This document shows, one piece after another, positions 1 through 10,612 of a stretch of 64,000 bases of DNA. Under the pieces are notes generated by a model. The model was not told the origin of the DNA. It worked only from the letters and a program-made list of their open reading frames with translations, and ran no database searches. The position numbers and the translations under genes were made by a program. The first letter of the stretch is position 1, and each line of letters starts with the position of its first letter. The stretch is from Perna viridis (lineage: Eukaryota): contig CM074524.1 of NCBI GenBank assembly GCA_037379345.1, forward strand, positions 14,318,750 to 14,382,749. The letters are read 5' to 3'.

Positions 1-2670
1 TATTTGTATACTGTTGATACCCACATTAGTCTCTAGATGTGAATATTTAATGTAAATTTGTATAATACACTATCAAATTATATCATTTCATATGAAGAAA
101 TACATCTACATTTCATATTATCTGTAAGTCGTTGTTTAAATATACGACAATGTCATGCACAGAGGTATGATTCCCTATTTTCAAAGTTTTTGTACTACAC
201 TTGGCAAACATTATTATTTCTCATCTTGTCAAAAGCAGCTTTGAAATAAATTTTTAAACGCTAGATGCGTATATAAAATATTAAAATATGGAGTTGATCA
301 ATCATACCTTACAAATGAAAAAGTACATCTGCATTTTATATTTTCTGTAAGTTCAGATTTTTCAAATATACGACAATGTCTAATAAATGTACCCCTTTGT
401 ATCACTGTATCGAAAAAAAAATCTAAAAGTATTTGTATCAGAAATCTTGCAATGGCAATTTGTAGGGACGAACTTCAACGACACTAAGTTTTTAAAATTC
501 ATCTGAATTCAATTGGACAGCAATTTGCCAAGTATGACTATGGACAAATTTGAAAATGGCCAAAAAATGACGAATATAAGTTGTTAGTTTGTCCCTTTAT
601 TTCTTGTTCTCGGAAAACTAAATACAAATATGGCAGCAAAGTTTATACTTGTTTCCTTGTTCGTGATTGGATTACAGTTTCGCCTTATAATTAAAAATCT
701 TTTTTTCACCCAGCCTTCTCATTAAAAGGATCAATTAGGTAGTCTGGAAATTAACAACGTCAAATATCAGATAATCGGTCTATACGTGACACCTGATGTT
801 ATATTAAAACTACAGAAGCATGTTTGTTTTTTTTTCCTATCATGAAAGTAAATGAATAAACAGACACTTAGGTATTGTTTACACTGGTCGCTGAGAGACC
901 CTTTAATACGCCATTAAGCATTTTGACGTCAGTTGAATCACCGTTATTTTATCAGAAATTATAAGAATTGGGCGCTGTTAAATTGAAGTATTATTTCCTA
1001 GCACAGTAGCGTAGTATGAACAAGGGTCAATGAAAGTTCATTGTAGAATCTAAGAAATTAAAAAATATCTCTGCACGACTAATAAGAAGCTTTATTTAGT
1101 GGACTTCGTGTTATGATTATAACTGCAAGTTGGTAAGTGTTAAAAGCCGAATAGCAGTAGATAACTATGTTGTCAAACATAGGGGCAGGTTATTGACATA
1201 TCGTAATCTCTCACTACAAATCCTAGAAAACCCTCGACAAACCAATTACGGTCATTGTTCGCCGTGATCAGATAACGAATAGGTTTTTTTTCTCTATTTT
1301 CTGATAACTGGAAGACAATAATATTGCAAGACATGTAAAAAACATTTTTACCCACGAATGATGACTGACATACCTTGTCAACCCTATGCAGGTAACTGGC
1401 GAAACTATTTTGACATTAGAAGATTAATTTAGACTAGACCTTAATAATTCTAGACATCATGCTACCTACAAATGTTGCTATTTCCATGTAGATAAATAAC
1501 GAATCCCAGATATGTAATTTACAGTTTTTGCTATCCCACACATTATTTTAATAACCAGTCGTCACTCTATATCCTATATGAAGCGTATATTGCTTTGGCT
1601 GCCTTTTGATTTTTAAAACCCAAATCTACTTAAATGGATCAAATCGACAATAGTAAAATGCAATAATTTGACAAATAATAGTTACCATCGATTTTGATAC
1701 TGACAATATTACATGTATGTAGAATATCATTGTGAGTACCAAAATCAAAAGTAACTTTTATTCTATATATTTGCGCATTGTATATTTATGGCACGAGCGC
1801 TTTGTAACCAAAACAAACATCAATTGGTAAGGTATGTTACATGGTAATTGTCTAATTGTCAGTTAATAGTTAAATTCATTGGGTGCTTCCATTAGTTTTC
1901 TCGATCGGTTTGGTATTATTTCATTGTTAAAAAGAGCATACTATAATTTATAACAAGCTAGACAAATCGATGTATGAACATGCGTAAAAATATTCAGATA
2001 ATATGTTCAACAACATATGATATGCTTGCTACACACCAAGATTCAGGAACGTCTGCTGAGTAGTTTCACGGAAATTGCAATGACAAGTTGATATCTTATT
2101 GTGTTATGGACAGACGGAAAGACGGAGTGATCTAACTCCCAGACCTGCATCAGCCTTTGGCGATGCACGTAAAAAGTCACTGTTTTTTTTTCCGAAAATG
2201 GTTAACAAAGTTACATTTCAGGTAAATTATTTTATGAAAAGATAATGAATTACTTTTTAATATACAAACCATATATTCATTTTTTTTTCAATTTTAAAAA
2301 CGTATATCGTTAAAAATATCATATAAGTCCATAATTAACTACGATATATGTATGTGCCTTGAATAATTTATCTTTATCTTTTTGTGGGTTAATGGTTCTA
2401 ATACCGTCTGCTGTCATTATTAATTAAACATGTGTAAAAACATATGTTGATATTCCAGGATGACACCAATTAATTCAAGGTCAAGTTAAATGTAGCTCGT
2501 AGTACCCAGACATCCGGACTAGTTTATGGAAATGAACAAATATATTCATGATTTTTTTAACAAAATAATTTTAATAATTCTTAAATATTGATTTCTCTTT
2601 GAACTTTAGCAATTGCCATAATACAAAGTCACTTACAACAACTAAAAATAACTAACTAAAGTTTACATGA
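1..2670 (+). repeat. Older, diverged paralog of the non-coding block at ~14760-16607 (also ~34370-36215 and ~54775-56600)
   Basis: Colinear similarity by eye with many substitutions and indels. Examples: GAATATTTAATGTAAATTTG (41) vs GAATATTTAGTGTAAATTTG (14791); GGAAAACTAAATACAAATATGGCA (612) vs 15354; similarity ends at AAAGTTTACATGA (2658-2670) vs ~16594-16606. Confidence 0.85.
1952..2175 (+). mobile_element. Degenerate non-autonomous Helentron-like (HINE-type) element
   Basis: Starts AACAAG, carries a GGACAGACGGAAAGACGGA microsatellite-like tract, then a subterminal palindrome TGCATC-AGCCTTTGGC-GATGCA and an A5 end. This region is absent from the paralogous block near 16270. Confidence 0.5.
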
Positions 2671-2739
2671 TTATAGCATGTTAACATCAAATTATATATA
2701 TTTATTACATTGTATGACTGAAAGTTTATGTACTTTCGC

Positions 2740-3250
2740 AATGAAACAGACTACAGTTCAAGTATGATTTTGACAGAAAAAATAAAATTTCTCTGTTGAT
2801 TCATTTGAAATTTGGCAGATATGTCTCTGATGTCACACCGTTTTGAAAAACAAAATATCAAAATGTCAAATAAGCAAATCAGATTTAACATCCAGTAAGG
2901 CTGTATGATAATTCATCAATTTATGCGGTTTATGGTTTTAATTACAGTTTTCAGTAACTGAGAAGAAACATTTACTTATTTGATATCCCTTTACTGAAAT
3001 GAATTAAAAATTTTGTGAGTACATATGAATTACTAGATTTTCTGCAAGTTAGATCTCTTTTGAATTGAAAATTACAATCTGACATCTGATTCCATATGTC
3101 ATTTTATTGAAACTGTATATTTGTTTACAATGAAAAAAAACTTATAACTGAAGTATGATTTTCAGAGTAAAATTGACATTTCTCTTTTGATTCTATTGAA
3201 ATAAGGCAGAAATGCTATCACTGTTTTGCATTCATTATTTACTGAATATC
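2740..3250 (-). repeat. Inverted, degenerate copy (~1.3 units) of the ~356-bp repeat at 21850-23410
   Basis: Motifs TGACAGAAAAAATAAAATTTC, AATTTATGC and CTAGATTTTCT are reverse complements of motifs in the 356-bp unit. Confidence 0.5.
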
Positions 3251-3258
3251 ATACAAGC

Positions 3259-3443
3259 ACCCTACTGGTGCACATGTTCCATGCTGCCAGTGTTTAGTGG
3301 AGTACGAGTTTCTCATTTACTTTTGTTACTTTGTATGTATTATTTTAGTTACCTTAAGTTCTTTGTTGTTTTCCATGTCTGGTCTTTGTTCCTTGATTAC
3401 ATTTGTTTTGTTTCTGCTAGAATCTTAGTTCCCTTAATCACTC
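3259..3443 (+). mobile_element. 3'-terminal fragment of the Penelope-like element, lying upstream of its ORF (pseudo-LTR-like direct repeat)
   Basis: CCTACTGGTGCACATGTTCCATGCT...CCCTTAATCACTC aligns with 5726-5918 and 26831-27020. Confidence 0.75.
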
Positions 3444-3693
3444 ATTCAGATAAACCACTTAAATTTAATTTCAAATGAAGCGGTAAAACAAATCGTGCGT
3501 TAATGGGATTTTGGATATTTATAACAGCTGAGATGTACTATCTCCTATACTAATATCAAATTACTCACGTACATCATTGATTATGTAAGCACATAACGTA
3601 TGCTATATTTCCCACCAAAGTATAGCTTTTTTCGACTAAAAGAATGTCATACATGCACCATTAAGATTCTACACGCCTTCAAAATGAAATAAA

Positions 3694-5918
3694 TATGGAC
3701 ACTCAAAAATTCTGACTATTTCATTCTTGCCAAACAATTTTTCTATTACTTCAGGGACATATGTTCTTACAACGTTGACGAACCACATTGTACTGTTTCA
3801 AATCGTGAAATTACAAATTGCAAAACATGCAACATTCTTATAACCGACTCTTTCTTTACTAGTACCCTTACGAACAAATCTTTTCACACAAGAAGTCATA
3901 ATGACTTAATCAGCATGATTATTCAATCCTGTCTATGAAAGTTCGTATTCTTGAAAGAAATAAAGTCCTGTCCTAAGTTAAAGCTATTGCAGGAAAAGCT
4001 ATCGTACTGCAATACCTTACGGCTGCAATGAAAATATCAAAAGTATGGGAAACATTTAACGCCAACATAACAACAACATAAGTGAAATGAATTTATTTGA
4101 CAAGATTCAAGGCAAATAAGGAATCATGACTATCGCAACCATACATCTCCTAAGATACATGATGTCTCCATAGATTGTCTTCTTCTTTTAATACAACTTC
4201 TTGGACTTCATCACATTCGAACTCAGTTCTATTCTATTCCTCTCATTCCACTACACTTTCTTTACAAAACAAGTCATGATACTCCAGTTTCTTAAGCTTC
4301 CTCATCATTATACAGACTTGTGGCAATCATTTTGGATATTGGTTTCCACAGACTCATTAAACCTGTTTGTGTTAATGGTGTTGGTGAAGACAAATGATAA
4401 TTTCTTCTACTATCGTTTGTCAAAAGGGTATAGATGCAAATAATTTGGCTAACTTCATCCATGACATCACAAAAACGTCACGAACCAAGTTCCCCGGTAT
4501 TTCTTATGGATGCCGTGGAGGACTACGCAAGAAAATGGATAAAACGAGAACATTGATCCACTGTGAGAATGGGTAAAGGCTGTGAGGTCCATAATTTTGA
4601 AACGTATGAAAGTTTAAGTAGGTCAATGTTTGTCAAAGCTAATCAGTTCTCAAAGACCCCGGTGTAACAAAACATTGTCTACTATACATGACAAATATGT
4701 TGTCGTACCAGCATACCAAGCCCAAAACAACATTGCTTTTGTCTGCAAAACTTATTACATCCAATGTTTATTATCAGAAGTAGAGGTAGAAAATAATAGC
4801 AATAATATGACCTAGACTGTTACCACAATCTCCAAAGATAGTTGAAAACCATAAATCTGTGATATCCTCTTTTGTTATCTCTACCAAAAATGATGATTGT
4901 GATGTACCATCTATGTATTGGATTCCTAAATTCAACAGGTACCCATACAAACAACAGTGCATAGCTGGATCTGCACAATTTACCACAAGCCCTATTTTAA
5001 AACATTTTATTTCTATACTCACAACTGTCAAAGAAAGACTCAAGTTTTACTACGACACTTGTTACTCATGTAGTGGTATTAATTCTATGTGGATCCTAAA
5101 TAAAAGAAAGATCTTCTGAAAACCCTAAATTCTAGATTATAAACCTATTTTTTTCCTCTTTATACTTCTACTCCCAATACTCAGTTAAAATCCCAATTCA
5201 AAAACATTATACGTCGTGTAACTCCAAAAAACACGATACCCAAAGATGCAAATATGTAGTTCTTGGTACTTTGCTACCTTGAAGAACTTGAGGATACTAC
5301 ATGCACTATGAAAGCAGCATCATATCTTTAACTACTACGACAAACGCAATAACTTTTAATTCCGTATTGGAAACTTTCCTTTTATCTGTGGCAACATCCC
5401 TCAGTACCTGCGTATGGAGTTATCATGTCAAAACTCATACGTTATATCAAAGCTTGCTGTAACTACGCAGACCTTTTCTTTCGCGCTATACTTCTTACAA
5501 TAAGGCTTCTGGATTAGGGTTATGCTGCTACAATATTGAAGTCATCACAACACAAGTTGTTTGTCGTCATCAGGAACTCTTTGATACTTACGGCGTATCC
5601 ACCTGTACATTGAAAACTCATTTGTTCAGCGTGTAATAGTTTTCCTTTCCTCTTTCATCTACCCTAGACTTAACACTTTTTGAGCAACTTAGCTGGTGTT
5701 TCTGGAAAAAACAGAGGACACTTATCCTACTGATGCATCTGGTCCATGCTCTCAGTTTTTAGAGGAATCCGAGTTACTCATTTAATTGTTTTACTTTGTA
5801 TGTATTATTTTGGTTATTTTATGTTCTTTGTTGTCTGTGACTGTTTTCCAAGTCTGGTCTTTGTCCTCTTATTACATTCTTTTGATTTCGCTAGAATCTT
5901 TGCTCACTTGATTACTCT
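3694..5918 (+). mobile_element. Decayed Penelope-like retroelement with N-terminal GIY-YIG endonuclease remnant and RT (Naiad/Chlamys-type domain order)
   Basis: Manual translation of broken frames gives NCKTCNILITDSFFTSTLTNKSFHTRS (~3816), SILSMKVRILE (~3924), RTAIPYGCNENIKSMGNI (4003-4056), GLHHIRT, MDAVEDYARKW, DKYVVVPA, PSMYWIPKFNRYPYKQQCIAGS, YDKRNNF, NFPFICGNIP and AYGVIMSKLIRYIKAC. The RT catalytic core is deleted at ~5270. Many stops and frameshifts. Confidence 0.8.
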
Positions 5919-6324
5919 GATAACAGGTATGCGAAATTAAGCAAAATGTAGTCATGTGAGAAAAATGTTTTAAAATTCTGCAAAAATGAGTAAGCCACCA
6001 AAACTTAAAAACAAAAAATAAGAAAAATTGAGTTAAACTCGACAAAATATAGTAAAATGATTATAATGAAATTTGGGTCTGGATAACAATCGAAATGAAG
6101 ATTGTTATCAACCTCTTTAACTTACAACACAAGGAAACATTGACGGAGGAAGAAACTGACTCAGTTTTAAAGTTTGAAAGTTTGGGGTTTTGAGATCTAT
6201 AGTAGCTTAAACAGTTTTGAAAAGATTGTAAATGTGCGCTGTTGTGTGATTAATACAAGTAATAATTTAGGACATGCAACAAAAATTGCATTTTTAACTA
6301 GTGTATATAGAGTAGATTTCGCCA

Positions 6325-6924
6325 TATATATATATATATATGTATATATACAACGTCTCAGAATGTGACGACTCTGCTACACTGCTCCATCGGATCAAAT
6401 TGATACAGGGAAGATAACGTAAACTTATAGAAGGGTCTGAAAAATTCCCAAATATGTTAGAATTGTAAAATTTGCGAAGCACATTTTGGTCGTTTCCTCC
6501 GCGGGACTCAAACTCGTACCGCTGTGACATCTATGGCAACACCGCCTGCACTAAGTCCAGCCCCCTAGACCACTCGGCCAGCTAGGCTATATAAAAATAT
6601 AGCTTTTGCTGTGCCGGGTCATTCCTCCTCGTAGGATTAATCTAGGGCTGTAACTTAGTACACGATCTATGGTAGTATGGGACAGTTCATCTAGGTGTTA
6701 TTATGTAGGATAGAGGATCAAATTAATGATGCATGTCACAACAAATCAATATTATACAACGTCTCAGAATGTGACGACTCTATTCGCCACACTGTTCCAT
6801 CGGATCAAATTGATACAGGGAAGATAACGTAAACTTATAGAAGGGTCTGAAAAATTCCCAACGATGTTAGAACTGTTAAATTTTCGAAGCAAATTTTTGG
6901 TCGTTTCCTCCCTATATATATATA
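6325..6924 (-). mobile_element. tRNA-derived element with ~155-bp terminal direct repeats (about 1.4 units of ~406 bp) embedded in (TA)n
   Basis: Direct repeats at 6347-6500 and 6753-6911; (TA)n at 6325-6350 and 6913-6924. The minus strand carries an A box TGGCCGAGTGG and a B-box-like GAGTTTGAGTCCCG. Absent from units 2 and 3. Confidence 0.75.
6496..6587 (-). other. tRNA-Leu-like Pol III head (SINE-type, not a functional tRNA)
   Basis: The minus strand GCCTAGCTGGCCGAGTGGTCTAGGGGGCTGGACTTAG resembles the 5' half of eukaryotic tRNA-Leu (TGGCCGAGCGGTCTAAGGCGCTGGATTTAG). The anticodon arm 3' side and acceptor stem do not pair properly. Confidence 0.6.
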
Positions 6925-7684
6925 GGGAAATCACAGAAAGGAATTTTGCTCACGAAAATTGTTGTATGATAGCATACGTTTCGTCTTAAAATGTGGGGAT
7001 GAAAATACGTGCCAGGACTCTTTTGAATGAAAGCATGTGCTGCTTGATTTTTCCTGTGACTATGCAATACTGATACGGTTTTGTCACTTTTCAGCATTCC
7101 TGACCTTTACATAATATTATTAACCTTTCTAAACTTAAATAACTTTAATTATCTAAAAAATGTTTTCCTTACCAGATACGATAATCCGTATTTGAAGGAC
7201 TTCATAACCTTACATCTCAGAATTTCTAAAGCATAAACTAATCCATAAAAACGTCTTTGAATACTTTCTAGAAAGTCACATTAACTTATTTAAAACCTAA
7301 CGATGTTATACTAATGAATTCTATAACAAGTTTTCTGTTCTACGCACACTCATTGTGTTTTTCATCAAATACAATATTCACTAATTTCTTAACTACTTCT
7401 TCGTCTCACTCACTTCACTTTACGTCAGTCAAGCGTCAAACTATTTTAGCCAAATCTGTGTATAAATGTCAACCGATGACCAATCAAATACCGAATATAA
7501 TCTGTAAAAATCCACTAGTCTTTTAGAATTATCTTCAACCTTTACCTTTAACTTTATATAGCATGTTACCCAAACAGATTATCTAACTGCGATGAACAGC
7601 AATGGAGTTGGACGTCATGCAAGGTGACGAAGGGGTTTATGACAACTTGTACACAACATATATATCTCCGTGACAATTCATGAC

Positions 7685-8768
7685 TTAAAATTTTCCTGCA
7701 ATTCCAGAAACTCCCTGTTCATGTGTAGCAAAACTACTTTCATTGCTCTTTAAAAGTTTAGATCCAATTTTGGCAGAGACTGTTTCTTGCTCTTGCTTGA
7801 CATTATAAGTTCGTTGTTTCGTGTTTATTTTAGGTGTACTGGATATTTGTTGCATTTCTCCATTGACCTGGGCATCTCCTACAACTGTCGTTGGGTTCAC
7901 TAACCCACATCTGCATCCCAACTCCTTTCTAAACACTTTCATCCTTTGGAGGTACACAACAGAATCAATAAGTGGATTTAACAAAGCACTTATAGACAGT
8001 ATTTCTACTACACGTAACGATTGAGCAGTATGTGCATTTCTGGTTGCGAAAATCCAGAACAAATAAATTTCTCGTGGGATGTAAGCCATAAATGCGGCTG
8101 AAATTATAATGTATGTTGTTATGATGTTCCGCTTAAGCGTTGCAATTTTGGAAGATGAAAACATGTTTTGATTTGACGTATGAAGATCGTTGACTCTCAG
8201 AATGTGGTGCTTTAAACGAAACCTGATGATCAAACAACATGAAGCAATAGCGGCAACGAGGACAATAAATGGCACATCATACATTAAGTAATATTTTAGA
8301 ATTACAGTTTCCGAAAGTCCGCATCTAATTGGGTAAAGAGAAATTGAATAGTTAATGCAAAATCCAAGAAGAGCGTAAATGTGAGCTATGACAAATCCAA
8401 CAATAGTTGATTTGTGTGACGTCATAACCGAAAGTATTTTTTTGGAATGCACAAACGTTGCTTTGATCTGAAGTAAGCTAATCTGAAGTGTTTGGAACAA
8501 GGAAAAAATAAGAGTCCCACCAATCAAGTTTATGAATATACTACATTGAGTAGAATAAAGAAGACTTTCGTTGGCAAAATGGCTGTATACCGCATGAAAT
8601 ATACACTCTAATCCAATAGACGCATCACTCAGACTTAATCCAAGGACGAGGCACAAAAACCGGTTCTTTCGCAGATGTTTCTTTTTACAAAGTACAAACA
8701 AGCTCCAAATATGAAAGAGCAAAAGTACAACAGCTGGCAACAATCACTACCAATAGGTTTCCCTTCAT
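7685..8768 (-). pseudogene. Intronless rhodopsin-like (class A) 7TM GPCR, copy 1; 1-bp frameshift near the 5' end (or a homopolymer sequencing error)
   Basis: Seven hydrophobic segments, TM2 LSLSD, Cys before TM3, ECL2 Cys, TM6 AYIP, TM7 NPLIDSVVY. The track ORF starts at TTG directly after a TGA. The ATG at 8768 (context AAAATGA) is put in frame by removing one A from AAAA at 8721-8724 (AAA in copies 2 and 3), giving 1083 nt, 360 aa, MKGNLLVVIVASCCTLLFHIW... Confidence 0.85.
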
Positions 8769-8899
8769 TTTTTATTCTTATATATCAACTTTGTAATTAA
8801 GATTTACTCCTTCAAAATGAACAGAAATAAGGAAATATATACAAATAGTTCATTATAAATGTTAAAGTCATTGATCGTTAATACATGAAGGATACTATA

Positions 8900-8940
8900 C
8901 CTATATAAGAATCAAAGTTAACTTCAGGATCTGATTGGCT
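8900..8940 (-). promoter_or_regulatory. Putative GPCR core promoter (CCAAT box plus TATA-like element)
   Basis: Minus strand CCAATCAG (8938-8931) and TTATATAG (8908-8901), ~135 bp upstream of the ATG. CTATATAAGAA is conserved in all full copies and in the older paralog (~20720). Confidence 0.3.
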
Positions 8941-10038
8941 ACAACAATACCACCTTCTTAAAACAGGTGACTTCGTCGACATATGTTTTTTTTGTGTTCT
9001 GATAAAAAGGTAAGGGTTCCATAGAATAGAACAATGTTTACTCAAGTACATTATGTTTGCCTTTCACAAAATTGATTCACCACCAGAAAAACGTTAGTTA
9101 TTTAAAGACTGTTGACTACATATAATTACACCATAAAGCACCAACAATTATATGTATCATATTGGCTACACAACTTATAAATATCATGTTTGTTCAAACC
9201 TGCCCCTCTGTGAAAAAAAAATACTGTTCACAAAGTAATAAAATCATTACAAAAATACAACAAGAATGAAATATAAAGAAATAATGCAAAGTGTATCTGC
9301 GAATTTTTATTTTATGTTACCATATTAACAGTCAGTTGTCAACTTTCAAGACCTCCGTCCGTTTACATAAATAGACAATATTGCACGCAACTACACTATT
9401 ACGAAAATTCACAAACACACTATGTTTAATTCTTAGGCGAATCTGTACTTTTATACACTTTACTTTTCTAAGAATTGAATATTTTAGTTCTCCGAATCGA
9501 CCGCCTGCAGAAATTGTCGTATTGTAATCATTTTGGAATGGATGGAGTTCATTACAAGATTAAACTGCTTATTACTAAAACTCAAATTGAAAGAAATAAA
9601 TTATTGATATGAATATCTTTCAAGTAAAATAAAATAACTATGTCATTTGTACTTCCTTACTTTATATATCAGTATTGTAAGATAAGGGTAGTTAGTTCGA
9701 TCTAAGTTTAAAATTTAAAATAATAAGAAAAAAACATTTAAAATAATGATTATACGAAACCAGTAAACTATTTGGTATACTTGCAGATCTTAAATTCGTC
9801 AAATGTTTTGAATCAATAATCATTTTTTACAACGAACACGTTTGTAACTCATTACTTGAGATTCCATTGACATCAAAAAGGTATTCGACCATTCAATATT
9901 TTTTAGCATTTTCAAAATATTACTTGGTGGAACAATTATTTTTCAATCTGTAGATGATGTGAAAATAAGAAACGAACTGGTTATAATGTTTGTTATTTTG
10001 AAAGGTTTATTCATTTCCTATTCATAACCTTTAAATTA

Positions 10039-10413
10039 CAGTACCTGAACCAGTCCGTGCAACAATTTTGCGATCGGTCATCGCTCACCGATCTGTTTCT
10101 GATCAGTCATTGATCCGTCGAACCGATACATTAAACCGACGATTGCATCACGTGACCACAGAATCGTCAAATATTTTACAGATTTTGTTGTTTTATTTGT
10201 TAATTTTACACATATAAACTTAATACAGTAGTTTAAAACATCAATTAATACTTTTATTTTACATTTGTTTCATTTTTAACAGATCATTTGTCATTTTACA
10301 TAACAAAACTGCGATCAGATCGGTCACCGGTCATCGGTTATCGATCCTTCATCGATCAATCAGTCAGCGGCCATTGATCCGTCAAATTGTTGTCCTGATC
10401 GGATCAGGGACTG
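10039..10413. mobile_element. Tc1/mariner-type MITE, unit 1
   Basis: TA flanks; imperfect TIRs CAGTACCTGAACC..GCAACAATTT and CAGTCCCTGATCC..ACAACAATTT (reverse complement); GATC-rich subterminal regions. Confidence 0.75.
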
Positions 10414-10441
10414 TAGCTAGTCCTTGTCTGCCAAATAATAA

Positions 10442-10612
10442 TAGGATAATTAATAGGAACAAGTGAACAACCAAAATGTGACCACGAGTGCCGAAGGGCG
10501 CATAGATGAAACGAACGGGCGGAACTTGTTCCTCGCATGAGTTCAATCTCAATGCGTTCTTGCAACGATTGATCATATTTTGGTTATTGACGACAACCAA
10601 TTGATTATCCTA
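10442..10612. mobile_element. Palindromic (foldback) non-autonomous element; copies at 30947-31117 and 50465-50635
   Basis: TAGGATAATTAAT...AACCAAAATGTGACCA pairs with TGATCATATTTTGGTT...ATTGATTATCCTA; central GCCGAAGG motif. Confidence 0.5.

Noticed and set aside
4561-4570. In-frame TGA in the PLE as a possible selenocysteine codon
   Set aside because: It is TAA in the other copies and falls at a probable Ser position, so it is ordinary decay.
6496-6587. Functional tRNA-Leu gene
   Set aside because: The cloverleaf is incomplete, the T-loop is degenerate, and it is embedded in a repeat.
3259-6924. Hammerhead ribozyme expected in PLE-type repeats
   Set aside because: No CUGANGA...GAAA core with proper stems was found by eye on either strand; an Infernal/RNAMotif search is needed to exclude variants.
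7821-8024. Antisense ORFs inside the GPCR copies, and the other short 60-90 aa ORFs in the track
   Set aside because: Shadow or chance ORFs, many with non-ATG starts and no recognisable domains.
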